From positions 1 through 64,000 of the forward strand of contig CAJNYD010000131.1 of assembly GCA_905331295.1 (NCBI GenBank): 64,000 nucleotides of DNA, in the 5' to 3' direction. The translations under genes were made by a program, and so were the position numbers. The notes beneath the pieces are model-generated. The model was given only the letters and a program-made list of their open reading frames with translations. It searched no databases and had not been told where the DNA came from. This stretch comes from Rotaria socialis. Lineage: Eukaryota. Of the stretch, positions 15,122-30,306 are shown one piece after another. The number at the start of each line of letters is the position of its first letter. Positions within the stretch are counted from its first letter, which is position 1.

Positions 15122-15122
15122 N

Positions 15123-16710
15123 ATTGAATTTGGATTATTTTTCATAGGTTTATTGTGTATTTCATCAAAAATCAATTTTTAACACCTCGAGCCCCCCGTC
15201 AAGGGTCGGAAAACCTTTTTTGTTCTGGTTTTAATATAGATAGTTATATTTCCATAAAGTTAAGCTTTCTGATTACAATTATTGTCTCATTTTTGAATTT
15301 CATCGAATAATAAGAAAGATGTGAAGCACTCTCTCGAAGCCTTAAAAACAGCTACTGACCTAAAGATCCATGAAGATTCTATTTATACTGTTTGAAAATA
15401 GGTCCGTTCGATGCACAATATTTTTTTCTATCAGAATATATAAGAACGACTTAGATATTCAATCTTTTTTCTCTCGATAAATTCCAAATACCACCCCGAT
15501 CGGGTCATACAGTTACAAATACTGCTTTTCTCAGTCTTACTAAGTGCAGCTTTTCGAGGTTTACCAGTTAGATTTTCTTACCGGATACGTAATTCAATGT
15601 GCTCTTTCTAATGAAAGAGTTTTCAACTTAAAACTCGATGTAATGTAAAGCATTTCCGCTCCAATACTAGTGTTGGAATCGAATTTCTGCCATTGTTTGG
15701 ATGATACTTGATAGTTTCAAACAGAATAATTCATATGCGACTGAATATAAATATTATATTTTTTTAAGCACAAAATCTAATTCGGTTTAATTATTTCTAC
15801 CACTTTTGTTTTCGGTCAGATTTTTACGTCTGGTCCCCTTCAGGATTATATGAAAGCAAAATATTTTATTCAAAACAACTATTTGATTGAATATTAATTG
15901 ATCTATTTTATCTCAAACATCATTCCCAAAGTTTGGAAACTTTCAACATTGCCCACGTGGCTTTTCGAGTAAATTTAGTTTTTCGCTATCCATGACGGGG
16001 ACCAGAGGTGAAAATGTGACCGAAAACAAAAGTGGTAGAAATAATTAAACCGAATTAGATTTTGTGCTTAAAACAAATATAATATTTATACTCAGTCAAA
16101 TGAGAATTAATCTATTTGAAACTATCGAATATCGGTCACAAATGACAGGAATCCGGTTTCAAGAGTAGTATTGGAGCAAAACGCTTCCTGTTACAACGAG
16201 TTTCAATTTGGAAATAGTTTTATTAGAAAGAGCACATTCAATTACGTATCCGGTAAAAAAATCTTTCTGGTAAACCTCGAAAAGCTGCACTTCATAAAAT
16301 TGAGAATAGCATTACTTCTAGCTGGATGAGTCAATCGGGGCGGTATTTAGCATTTATCGATAAAACAAAATTTGAATATCTAAATCGTTCTTATATACTC
16401 TGATAGACAAAAAAATTCTGTATCGAAGGGGCCTATTTTCAAACAGTATAAATCGAATATTCATGAACCTTTGAGTCAATAGCTGCTTTTAAGTCTTCCC
16501 GAGAGTGCTTCAGATCTTTCTTAGTATCTAATGAATTTTAAAATCTAAGATGATATTTGTGATCAGAAAATTTAACTTTATCGAAATATAACTACTTGCA
16601 CTAAAATCAGAACGAAACGTTTTTTCGATTCTTGAGGGGTACTCCACATATTAAAAATTGAGTTTTCATAAAATACACAATAAACTCGTGGAAAATAATC
16701 ACAATTTAAT
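15123..16710. repeat. Long imperfect inverted repeat (foldback-like): ~715-bp arms 15123-15839 and ~15997-16710 around a ~155-bp spacer
   Basis: Arms align throughout by eye. taagcacaaaatctaattcggtttaattatttctaccacttttgttttcggtca matches perfectly in reverse complement; a sampled 60-bp outer block shows roughly 80% identity. Confidence 0.9.
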
Positions 16711-18333
16711 GATGATTCTCAAGTTAATAAAATTAGGCGCAGATTTTCTGTGAAGTTAGGTTCCTAATTTGGCACATCTCTTTTTTCAGCGTGCCATTAG
16801 TGTATTCACCAAGATTGAGGGAAAACAATCAGTTTAACAGAAAATTTTGTCGTCCTGTCGTATATCATTCCTCTATTTCACTGCTCCTATCCACAACTAC
16901 TAACATGTTTAGCATGTTTCAGCATCTCGAGCATCTGTTCAGCACTTTCTGCACTTTGTAGTAAAATTTGGTGCTTGTAGCCAGCACTTTCCCCTTGCTA
17001 TTAGGAGTTAATCCTCTATAATTTCCGGGTAATATTTACCTTTTCATTCATTTAATAAACAGTGACTCGATTGAAAATATGAATGAGTTCTCATTCAGAT
17101 CAATTTCGTTGCCTTTTCTCTCAATTAAAATTTCTTCTAGAATGTAGATGTCAAATGTCACATATTTTCTTTTTACTTTTTGTCATATTGCAATAACTTG
17201 ACATAGACTATCGTATTATAACATTAAAACGCTCGAAATGTTCTACCAATAAATAAAATTATAGTAGAAACATTATTTTATGAAATTTGGTTTTTGTATA
17301 AATCGATGTTAATTTTCTGTGATGATTCAATATCCTAAAATGCATCCTATAAAAATACACATTAATTTTTACAATAGAAAGCTACGCTTCTGGTGAAATT
17401 GACAGGCGACATGATTCTCGTATATAGACAAATGCTATACTCGTCAATAAGTCATAGATATGAACGGATAATAGAGCGAAATAAATGTATTATTATACTT
17501 ATCATTCTGTGTTTGTGTCCATTGATTTCAATTTAAAAAAAAGGAGTGCCACTTTCTTATAAAGAAAAAATAATGGTTGTTGCCTGTTTCCGATTTTCTT
17601 TTCACACTTCTATTCCTGATGGCAGACAAACATGAAACAATTTTCTTTGCATAGATTGTATTTCTTTTGAGAAAATAATGATGGTCTCTCTAAAGTTTTT
17701 CTCAAGTGGAAAAGGTCATATGAAGTTGGTCGGCTTATGGCATTTTTCGATTTAAATATCTGCAGCGGATAGCATCGCTTCAAGTACGCAACAATCTATT
17801 TTTTGTTTCACTTGTCTTCAAGAAAACCGTCTCAGTTCTCTGATAATTTTCAGCTGAGGCTAAAAAAACGTAATTTGATTGCCGTCTGCTTACCGTAGTC
17901 AACTCTCCCTAGAAGAATCCCCAGGCAGTCCCTAGGGATTTCATTGTTTTGCTAGGACTCCCCGGGGAGTCAGCGGGGGAGAGTGGATTAGGGTATGATT
18001 TTTTATTTTCTGCTGATAAAAGAAATAATAATTGAACTGATTATTTCGCTTTGTTTAATATTTAATGTCATCTACCTTAATTGGACTTGAATAACACCTG
18101 GTTTATTTGAAAAGAACTTGTTGCATCTTAGCGTCTGAAAAAAAAGAAGGAGAGTTATGGCTTCTGTGAGTGGAACAATTTTCAGCTCACAGAGAAGATT
18201 TTCTCGAAAACAATGTAAAAGAGAAAAAGAATTTTGTGGAATGTTTTTGACAAAGCTTTTCCTGTTTTTACAATTAAAACGTCTGTGAAACATTTTATAT
18301 CTGAATAATTACAATATGTTGAGCCTTCTACAA

Positions 18334-18542
18334 CGGCGGCGGAACGATTTCAACCTAGGGGAGGCTCAAAATTGTTTTCAGAGGATGAAGACGATGAGAG
18401 GGGAAATTAAAAACAAAACAGATCTGGTACTAACAGGTGGTCTGTTTCTAAAACTCTTTTTCAAATTAAATGAGCCTCACTAAGCTTTCTTCTCCGTTTT
18501 TTAGGGGAGGTTTGAACCTCTCCAAGCCTAATGGGTCCGCCG
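18334..18542. mobile_element. Short MITE-like insertion (~209 bp)
   Basis: Termini cggcgg... / ...ccgccg flanked by the 7-bp direct repeat tctacaa; internal repeated taggggagg motif. Confidence 0.6.
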
Positions 18543-19457
18543 TCTACAATCTTCTATTTTGACCCCTATGTACGTTTTTCTATAGTATATACAATCCATG
18601 TCGAGTCAAACAAAGTTTTATCATTCCCAGTAGCGTTTTATTCGCGATAGAATATGACTAAATATATAACGCTAACTAATTATACAGCATAAACTAGATT
18701 TCGGCAAGAATGCAATGCAAAATCTGTCTCAAGAAACTCGATAAACAAAATTATCTTAAACGAGAGAAAATTCTTAGAGTTTTCTTCTCATACTGAATCA
18801 TCAGATCTTGTACGCTACATTGTATATAATTCAACTAATAGTGTCAGACAAAAACGAAGAAACAACTTTACGCCAATAATTAACATTTAAGTTTGTTATA
18901 TGCATTCGTCTAATTCACCCAAGTGAATCGTTCCGGCCACGGGAAAAAAATCCCAGAATTTCTGGCCGGAATACTGCTTCCACCTTCCAGCGATTTCCGG
19001 TCGTTTCCCGTCGTACGACCACGACCTTGGCATAAGACTAGGTTTGCTTTTTTGATCAGAGAATTCATCATAAACTAACTGTTCTTTTATACAATTGTTA
19101 ATAGCACAGGATTGTTCGTATTTAACTGAATTTTCTGTTTCCAGAAACGATAAATAACTAAAACTTAGATATTATAATTAGTTGGAGAACGTTTTTCATG
19201 CTGTTGAATCCAAGTCTATCTACACTAGCGGACCAATTTTTATAACAGTAAGATAGATAAGATGGATATGAAAGAAAATCATTGATATCGCCATCTGTTC
19301 TAATTACTTTACTTTTTTTTTGACACAATTTATTATCTGATTTTCTTTCACCGATCCTGACTTCGTTATTAGTGTAAATCTCGAATACCGTGCATTTCTT
19401 TTATCTACTACCTATTCATTCGTCTTCAAATTTCATTATCAATAGATGCATGCGGAT

Positions 19458-19616
19458 CAGAGACGTGCACTGGGTAGGACGGTCCTGGTGTCCTGTCCTG
19501 TCCTGTCATGTAGGACAGGATGAGATTTAGATTTTGTCCTGCCCTGTCCTGCCGTCTGCCAGGACCAAGGGAGTCAACAGGACAGGAGAAAAAAAGATGT
19601 CCTGTGCATGTCGCTG
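19458..19616. mobile_element. hAT-like MITE (~159 bp) with internal (TCCTG)n / (CAGGA)n repeats
   Basis: TIRs cagagacgtgcac / gtgcatgtcgctg (11 of 13 match); 8-bp TSD atgcggat / atgcgtat; pentamer arrays occur in both orientations. Confidence 0.8.
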
Positions 19617-22600
19617 ATGCGTATCATTATTACTTCATCTTTTGTTAAAAGTACATAAAATATAATTTGTTTCCTCTAGTATCAAAAGGTTCATACTGAC
19701 TTTAATACTTTCTGAAAATATGTTATAACAAAGTTTAAAAAAGCGTTGAAAATAACTTTTAAGATTCTGTTAACTTTAATGTGAAATAGAATTTTTCATT
19801 ATGAAAATTAAATTGTTATTTAATGCAACAACTTTGATACTAGAGTAAATAAGTAAGCGTATTTAATGAGAGAGTTAAAATTTTATTCAAGGTATTATTC
19901 ATCTGGTTTCTTTTTCTTGGCATGTCATATTGGATTGTTATGAATACCTTTTGCTTGAATTTTATTAATTACTTTCTCAACGATTCTCTGCCAGATGCTT
20001 CTTTATTCTATAAATAATGGTGTTATCATTCCGGTATATTGACTTACCTCTCGTTGTCTGTGTGATTGACGTTTGATGCCAATAGTGGTTGTGTCCTTTC
20101 GGCGAGTATCTACTACTGATCTAGCGAAAGGTGATGAAATGTCTTCGTATTTTAACGCCCGATCGCATCGAAAGCTTCACACATTGTTCTACAGTTTTAG
20201 AAACACATAAAACACGATCGGTCATTTATAACGATCATAAATACTAATCAAAATAATTGTTTTTTTTATAAAATATTGTTTTCAATCTTATATTGAACGG
20301 CAAATATATGTCAAAACACTCATTAATATATATCGTTTTCGGTATCCACTAATTATAAAATCTCTTGGCTCCGGAAATAATGGAGAATACTTATCCGTCA
20401 TGCTACTAACTAACATACTTTTTCTGATTTAATTTATTTCCTAATGACCTACGGCAAAAATATCGAATCATAATCATATTTATGGATAGTTTAAGAAATT
20501 TGTAATAGTTCGAACTAAGGTAAATAAGTTAAATTTAACTTTTAATATACAAATAACGTTTTCATATTGTTCTATTCTACAAAAAGGTGCACTTCTATAA
20601 TCAATTACTATTTCAATAAAAATATATAAAGAGCAATCTTTTCATGATTAGACATGCGTATAAATCGAGACGTTTGCAACAAGAAAACGACTAAAAGCAT
20701 ATAATGGGAAATTATAATGTCTTTTTCAAACTAGACACTCTAAAGTAAAACTTACTTTTTCTAAAGCATTACAAAAAATATTCCTAGTCTTTAGACTATA
20801 TTTGAGTAATAGAGAACTGAAAGAAAGCTATGTCTGCATCTCTTCGTAGAGCAGCAAAATAAAATTTTCATTCATTTATTTTATCAATGAACGTGCTTAA
20901 AAACCATAATTATTCTCAATCAAATCATAGAATATATTTTATTTTTTAAAATGTTTACTTATTTCCTGCCAAATGTGTATCAAATGAGTCCAACATTCAG
21001 AAAAAAGAATATGTGCATTGGATGCGTCAAAAGCCGATTGTAACAGCGATACCAGAGATATCTGATACGGCTGGAGATTTGTTAGAAGCAAGCCACGATG
21101 AACTACAAGCAAAGGCTGCCATCACAGAAAACATCTTTGAGCAATACTTACAATTGAATATTAATTAACGACTTGACACGTGATTCTAGAAATCACCTGG
21201 CAAAAAGAAAATTGCAGATCTGCGATCTGACCTAGTTGACTGATTATGTTCCTGATGATAGAGATAACTTTCCGTTTTTTTGTTTATGTAACAGCAGCTT
21301 ATTAACACACGTAAAATCTAGCATCATATTTTTCAACACGGAATTTGGCATTTTTGTGCAGACACTTCTATCAATAGTCAATCACAAAAAAGAAACAGAA
21401 ATAGCTCCGAAAACTCAAGGATTGAAATAAATAATTAGAAAAATAAAGAAAACCTACGAACACGAGGAATCTGCATCAGGCCGAAGGAACCCCAAAGATG
21501 TCCTTTATCGGTGACAGAACTGTGAGTTTTTCTCTTTTAAATGAATTTTAATAAACTTTGGTCGATGAACGAAACCTTGCAAGTGTCTTCTATGATCTGG
21601 CAAAACATGAGTTCATTTGGTCGTAGTTCAGTGAAGACATACGTCAAGAAACAAATCTGAAACAAGAGTTCGTCGGTTTTCTGGAAGGTCACATTAAAGC
21701 CGATTGGATTGTTATTGAAATAATTCTTCCGGGCCAAGTTTTCGTATGGTTAGGTGATTAATGGAATAGGTTGTATATCGATACTTCCAGAACAAGGATT
21801 ATGTTTATTAAATATTTATCCTGCTCTTGTTATGGTTTTTTGCACATTTATGCTTGCACGAATGATTTCTACACTGGAAATTTGGATTTTTTTAGTAACA
21901 AAGAAAGATTTTGTAACCTTTAACTTCAGATTGATTGACTGTTAAAACTTCAAACTTTTATCTCTAGCATAGATTCATGTTAGTCAATGATAACAATTAT
22001 AAAAAAAAAACACTAAATTGCGTATAATTATGATTCAAAATTTATAAGAGGAAATTTTAGGTATTCATCAAAAAAAGAGTATGTTTATCAGAAGTTAATA
22101 TTAGAAGTCTTTCTCTATTCGATATACATTTTCTTGGTCAATCTTGCGTGTTACATCGGAGAATCAAATCTTTCTGATTCATCCAAATTGAGACATATTG
22201 TTCGGCATTTTTTACAATATTCTTCGTAGCAGTCGCTTTGTCCTAAAAACGATATTAATTTTTTCATTTTCATATCAGTCATAATGCAAAATAAATTAAC
22301 GGATAATAGATCTACTGCTTCTTTCGTTGTGTTTTACCAAATATCGATTACAATAGTGCACTTTCTCACGTAAAAGTTTCACAGCTAATTTATATGTAGC
22401 TGTATTTTTCTAAACATCATAGTCTATGAAAGTAGACGAATCATGAAATTCAAGAGAGCAACTTTCTAGGATGATTCTCTTTTTATTTTCTGAAAGATCT
22501 TCATTTCTATCTTTAGTAACGCTTTATTAACTATTTATGCGACGTTGTATCCGACATAAAAGATGGTTGTTTACCGAAGAAGATCCATGTCATAAAATAT

Positions 22601-24401
22601 TGACGATGTCCTATATTTATTCAGGTAGTTTCATATTGTTGTCTTAGTAGGAAATTTTAGAAAAGAGAATATAAACTCTAACCCCTTCTCATTCGAAAAT
22701 ATATTTATTGATGAGATTTCAAGAGAACACTCGCCTCAGCCATGCATTTACTACACTCACGAAATTTTCATTGTACTTCGTCTTAACGCAGCATTTGACT
22801 TTTCCCTGCTAGTAAACAATTCACATTTCAAACAACTATAGAAAATATCGATGTTAAATGTATTGGCTTTTGCTTTTATATATAATTAACGACTTTATTT
22901 TTCGAAGATACAATATAGAATGACCGGCATGTAGAACTGTTAATTTCACATTGTATATCACCAATGAAATTAACAGTAAGACTGTGTTAAAATGAATTCG
23001 ACTAAAAGCATTCAAAATAATTGTAGCAATGAAATATGTCAACGCTTCTGTAGCTAAAATCTCATAAAAGCATAGTTTATTTTTTTGAGCAATGAATACA
23101 AATTTTCTTTTTATAAATCATTTGAATAGAATATTCTTTAAACTTTTTAGTAACACTTACAGACGACATGCTTATTATTCTCCTTAATTATGGTTTAATT
23201 CTCAGGTATTATTATTATTATTATTATTATTAGTTAACAGCATAAAAAATGATCGAATGACAAACGCTCGAATTGTAACTTCAGCATCTAATTTTAAACA
23301 AAATTGAGAAGCATGTATTTGCCAATGTATTACATTTAGTTCATTATCATCATCATCATCAGTGTGTTGTTCTGTCAATTGCTTTAACAAAAATGATACA
23401 TGTCAAACGTTTATTTCTGCAACAGCAAAAAATTCTACAATTGTCATTGATGAATTCAGTACTATTTATTTTTCGAATTATTCAGTTTGTATGACAGCAT
23501 AGTAATTTTCTTACTTGTCAAGTTTGTAAGTGCCGATGATATTAAATTCATTCATAGTTGTCTTTTACTCATATATTGAACTTAGTTGTTTTTGTGCCTA
23601 GTCATCCTCGAAATGTAGCTAACGATTAAATTTATGATTTTTCTATTCTGTATTGAAGGCTGAAAGCATTTTCTTGCAAATGTTACACTTTATTCTATAC
23701 GTCTCTGTAATTTTAGTCTTTTTAATTTTAATAACCAAAAATGTTGACACCCCTGTGAATATTCATTAATTAAACTGTTATTACCTTCGGATTATAACCG
23801 AGACTTATTAATAAGAAACGAGTCATTCAAACTCTAAAGTTTAATTTAATATGATGAAAATTTAATATCAATTCTATAATTAGAAAAGGTCGCATAGGAA
23901 TATTTTGCTGATAAAACTTGCGAAGAGCTTTGTCTTGATGAAAATCTATTATTCATCAGGACATACTTTTCTTTGATAGTCAGATTTTCCTCCTGCATAG
24001 GCAATGGAAATTCAATAGCGACTGAAATGGTATCCAAAGTACTAAAATGAAAAAAAATGTATTATCAAAGCAGTTACAAAGATGCTCGGTTATTTTATAT
24101 CACAGGCTAAAGTTTCCAATTTGTTTTGCGATGACTATCTCACAATATTAGACATCTAATTATAATATTTGTTGTACTATATGATTTTAAAAAAATGTTT
24201 TCTAATTAAATAATTTAATGCTTATAAAAAAGAGAACAAAAAAAAAGAAATCAGTAATTGATTGATAACAGCAGACGTATGCGCACAATTTGATACGCAG
24301 ACACACAGTCACAAGAAAAAAGTCGATATTGTTTCTGGAATTTCTTTTCCGTATAAAATAAAAAAATACAAGTATGAACAAAGTAAAGGTGATAATAAAA
24401 A

Positions 24402-26361
<1,960 letters not shown>

Positions 26362-28209
26362 ATTGTAAAGTAGTAAAATTTTCAAGATTGAGTTTTTGGG
26401 TAAATATTTAAATGATGAAAAAACTTCAATTTTAGATACTGTTCATAGAAGAAGAAGAAATATGACGATTGATAACGGAAATTGATTGATAAAGAGTAAA
26501 TACCGACTAATGCCGTTTGTGTAGAATAGTTACCATACAAGCATGTGGCTGACACATTGGCACGCGAGAAAAAAATGGAGAATAGAGGTAAGGGGGGAAT
26601 AATAGTGATGCTAGTGGTGAAGCGGTGGCAACCAAATGCTTTCTCGCGTTCTCTTTCACTCTTAGATTGATCGTCAATGCAGTCAAAAGAAGAAAGAGAA
26701 GAAGAAGAAGGAAAAAAAGAAAGAAAAAAAACGAAGACGACGATGATGTTGATGATGATGGTACGCTATAGCCGCGTGTTGAGAACAACGGTGAGAATGT
26801 CGACGACGAAGCACTGTCGGCGCTCGATGATGTTGTTGACACACAGCACGTTCTTTCTATCTCATGACATGTTGATGTTGCATACAACCGTTCGGTCGTT
26901 GGCGTTAAAAAAAAGAGATATGAAAGGAAGAAAAAAAAAGAAAAAATAAGTTTTTTTTCTGTTCTGTCCTTTTTTTCCGATTCTTTGTCGTAGTTGTGTC
27001 TAAGTTAAATCATACACAGTTAACAACTAGAAAAAATAATAATAACAAAAAAGAAAAGAAACTCCATTAAATTTTATCGCTCGTTTGATTCGATGATAAG
27101 AATAAAACAGAAAAAAAGAGTGAATGGGCTAAAAATCACTGTAAATTTTTGTTGAATAAAATATTTACAAAAATACACTTGTTTTGAATAATTAATTCGT
27201 TTATTTGTAAATCGATCTAGTTTATTAAAGACTTACCTTAGTCCTATTTCAAACGGAAAGAATAGGAGTAACATTGAATTTTTTCAGTTCCTTGCTTCAT
27301 CTTTTCGTTTCCTGTATTTCCCATGAGTATTACGCAATTATCTTGCTCAATCTCAAATAAAAAGCAACATATATAGCAACACACATAGAGTAAGACTCGA
27401 TGAGCCGCGATCTCGGTTCTAATCATTGTATTGAGACTAAAGCAACTACTTCCTGACTGCCTTATGCGTGGCAACACGATTGAGGCAGTCAAGGATCGAG
27501 ATCAAATCGACACTCGTCACTTTTTTTCTTCTTTGTTCCAGCGAAGTGTCTTGAATTGGCAAAAGCTCTTTGATGAAAATGTCTTATTTCAAATCTAGGT
27601 AAGCAGAGCTGCGTAAAATAATCTTGGTGTAGTATAAAAAAAATTAGCACTTTTTTAATTGATTATTCAAAAGCACGCCAAGCTCGTGATAGTATGAATA
27701 GACATGTTTGTATTCTAATTCACTCGTATGAAAGTTTTCTATGTAACAAAATGAAAAACAATTCATTTATCAGGTTTCCGATCAAATATAACAATCGATA
27801 GGGAAACTGTTCCACTTTAAGCAGAAACGGATCACCCACAAAAAATTACGGATATCAAGGAGAAATGGAAAAAAAGAATTCGTATCTCCTAGTATCTTCT
27901 CAATTTATTCTTGAAAGGGGGAAAATGGTTCAACCATTTCTTCTTAAAATATTACTATTTCTGCTGGAATAGAACAATTTCTGGTTGAGTTTTGTCTGAG
28001 AGTCGACAAGGAGATGAACTATGTCTCGCTGTTTTTGGTGAAGTTCTGCTTAGAAAGGAATGTGTTTCTGATGAAGTGTTTCCTCTTGACTTTTTGTGAG
28101 TAAACGATTTCTGCTATAAATGGAAGAGTTTCTCGATTTTGTGGGATGTTGCCCAGCCCTCATGTTGTTTCATATAAAATTTAAGTGGTAGATGTCACTA
28201 CTATCGATT

Positions 28210-28352
28210 CCCAGGTCCAAGAAAACGGTCCGTAAAACGAGCTGACCGAGTACGGCGAAATAAGGTGAAAATTAACGCCTTATTATACCATTTTATGGCC
28301 GTTTCAGGCCTGTTAAGATGACCGTTCCGGCGATCGGAATGATTGTCCTGGG
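28210..28352. mobile_element. Possible short MITE
   Basis: GC-richer island bounded by cccaggtc / gtcctggg; no clear TSD. Confidence 0.4.
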
Positions 28353-30306
28353 CGATATCAAGCACAAAATTCGTGTAAAATATAACTCGCAAAATTTCTA
28401 CATTTATGTTTCATTCTGTTTCTTGTTATTCGGAAGAAAAATTCTTTCTATCAACTAGTTTATCAAAAAGCGCATTACCAACCCATTTTCTATTAGGCAT
28501 TAAAATCTATGACAGAGTGATCCAGACTCTTTGTATTGTTTCTAACGTACTAAATAATTACTTGAGTGTTCAGCATAATTTTAGAGTAAATATTAATGCT
28601 ATAATTATTTGAGAAAATTCATGTAAGTAGTTTCAAACTTGAGAGTACTCTTGTCGCATCAGTGTTTATTATCAAGTTTTTATTCACCAACTAAAGCGCA
28701 AGTTTGTTTTTCTGTAAAAATAAATCGCTTTAAAACTAAAGTGTTTTTCATAGTATCCTCATTTACAAGGCTACGACGAACATGTGCATTTTATTTTTTA
28801 CAAATCACGATAATTATCCACGGTACTCGTGCAATCAATAGTTGTATTTGATTTAGTAGATTATTTGATGCATTTGATTTGCTATCATATGTGCATATTG
28901 AATCAAACACGTGTTACACGAAAATCGAATAATATTCTGCGTGAAAAATAGTAATACTCTTTCTCAATAACAAAGCGTCTAATGTAATAGAGTCGCACAT
29001 GTTATGCGTTAATTAAGTAATTAATTGTTATTTATTTAAGCAGAAAGTAAAAACTTGATGGTTGGCATAAGATGCGATTGTGTTTTCAATTCGAAAGATC
29101 ATCATATAATAATTTTATATTATTGAAATCATAGGATCAAGTAATTTCTTGCCTATGATAGAATACGGATTCTTTGATACATTAATTCATTATAGCATTG
29201 AAATATGCATGATTAATGACGTGTATTTTGCATCAAAGAAAAATAGCTTTACCATTGAACATGTTGTGCTTTGTTATCTGCTGACGTATAAGGAATGATA
29301 CACATATCTTGTTATTCACTAAAACATTATCGTTCGCCGTCTGTCAAAGAAAAGTAGGAAATATTTGATCAATCATCAATCGCGTAGATTTGTTAATCAA
29401 AATGATTTCAAGGATAAGAAACTTATTACTGTTAAAGATTCAGTAATTTCTATGAACATACATGTGTCCAGTATTTCAAGTGTCACCACAGAATAAATTA
29501 CATGCTAGTAGGCCTTAATACTTCTCTGTACGCTTTCCTCTTGATGAATGAAAACAAAAATGATAAGCAGTATTGTGATAAGGCTTAAATATAAAGCACG
29601 ATGTAGTTGTTATTACTAAAACACTAGTCAATTGTGTTCTTCTACCTAATGTAGAAGACATTTCATTGCCATCTACGTACTTATTTATCAAGAAATGTAA
29701 TAAGGAAGTAACTCATCTCTAATAATGCGATGCTGTCAACATATGATCTACGATCCTTTATCAACAACGTTTGAGATAATCTGTGACTCGGGGCTAACTA
29801 CTGTGCTTATGAGTTTCCTCCCATACGTATGTTGGTTACATCAGGGCATGAATTGGAATGCAACACGACTTGATTGAAGATACTATTTTGAGGTGGTACG
29901 TGATAAAATCGATGAGGAAAAAGTGTAATCTACATGCACGAAAAATAGTTACACACTCAAAGTATGAGACAAGAATGCGTTCAACAGAGAACGAATATTT
30001 GTATGTTAAATAAAGACTTAATGGAATGAGTATCAGTGCAGAAATAGAAGCGGAAAATGATAAGTTAATTATAATAATAAAAGATAGAGAATGCTAACTA
30101 ATAACCAAATGATTGGGTACCGATCGATCATTGGATAATTGTGAGAAACAATATGGATGACACAGGTTAATAATAAAGATGATTTTTTTCTATATCAGCT
30201 AGTAATGAAAATCATAAGAAATACTAATGTTTTAGTTTCGATGCAAAGACTCTTGTGAATTATATCATAGAGTTCCAATCTTTTGATCTTCAATACGAAA
30301 TCTTTT

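Noticed and set aside
15027..15122. 95-nt poly-G run (also 50924-51010 and poly-C 4386-4403), including the poly-Pro 'ORF' 50828-51025
   Set aside because: Each run abuts an n at a contig junction. The lengths are probably sequencing or assembly artefacts, so they are not evidence of G-quadruplexes or coding sequence.
9900..24400. Numerous 60-90 aa ORFs in the gene desert
   Set aside because: They are Phe/Ile/Lys-rich translations expected by chance in AT-rich DNA, with no motifs or consistent splice structure.
26507..26949. Overlapping 126-aa and 90-aa ORFs upstream of FoxK
   Set aside because: They derive from GAA/GAC/GAT simple repeats in the probable promoter/5' UTR; low complexity and no domain.
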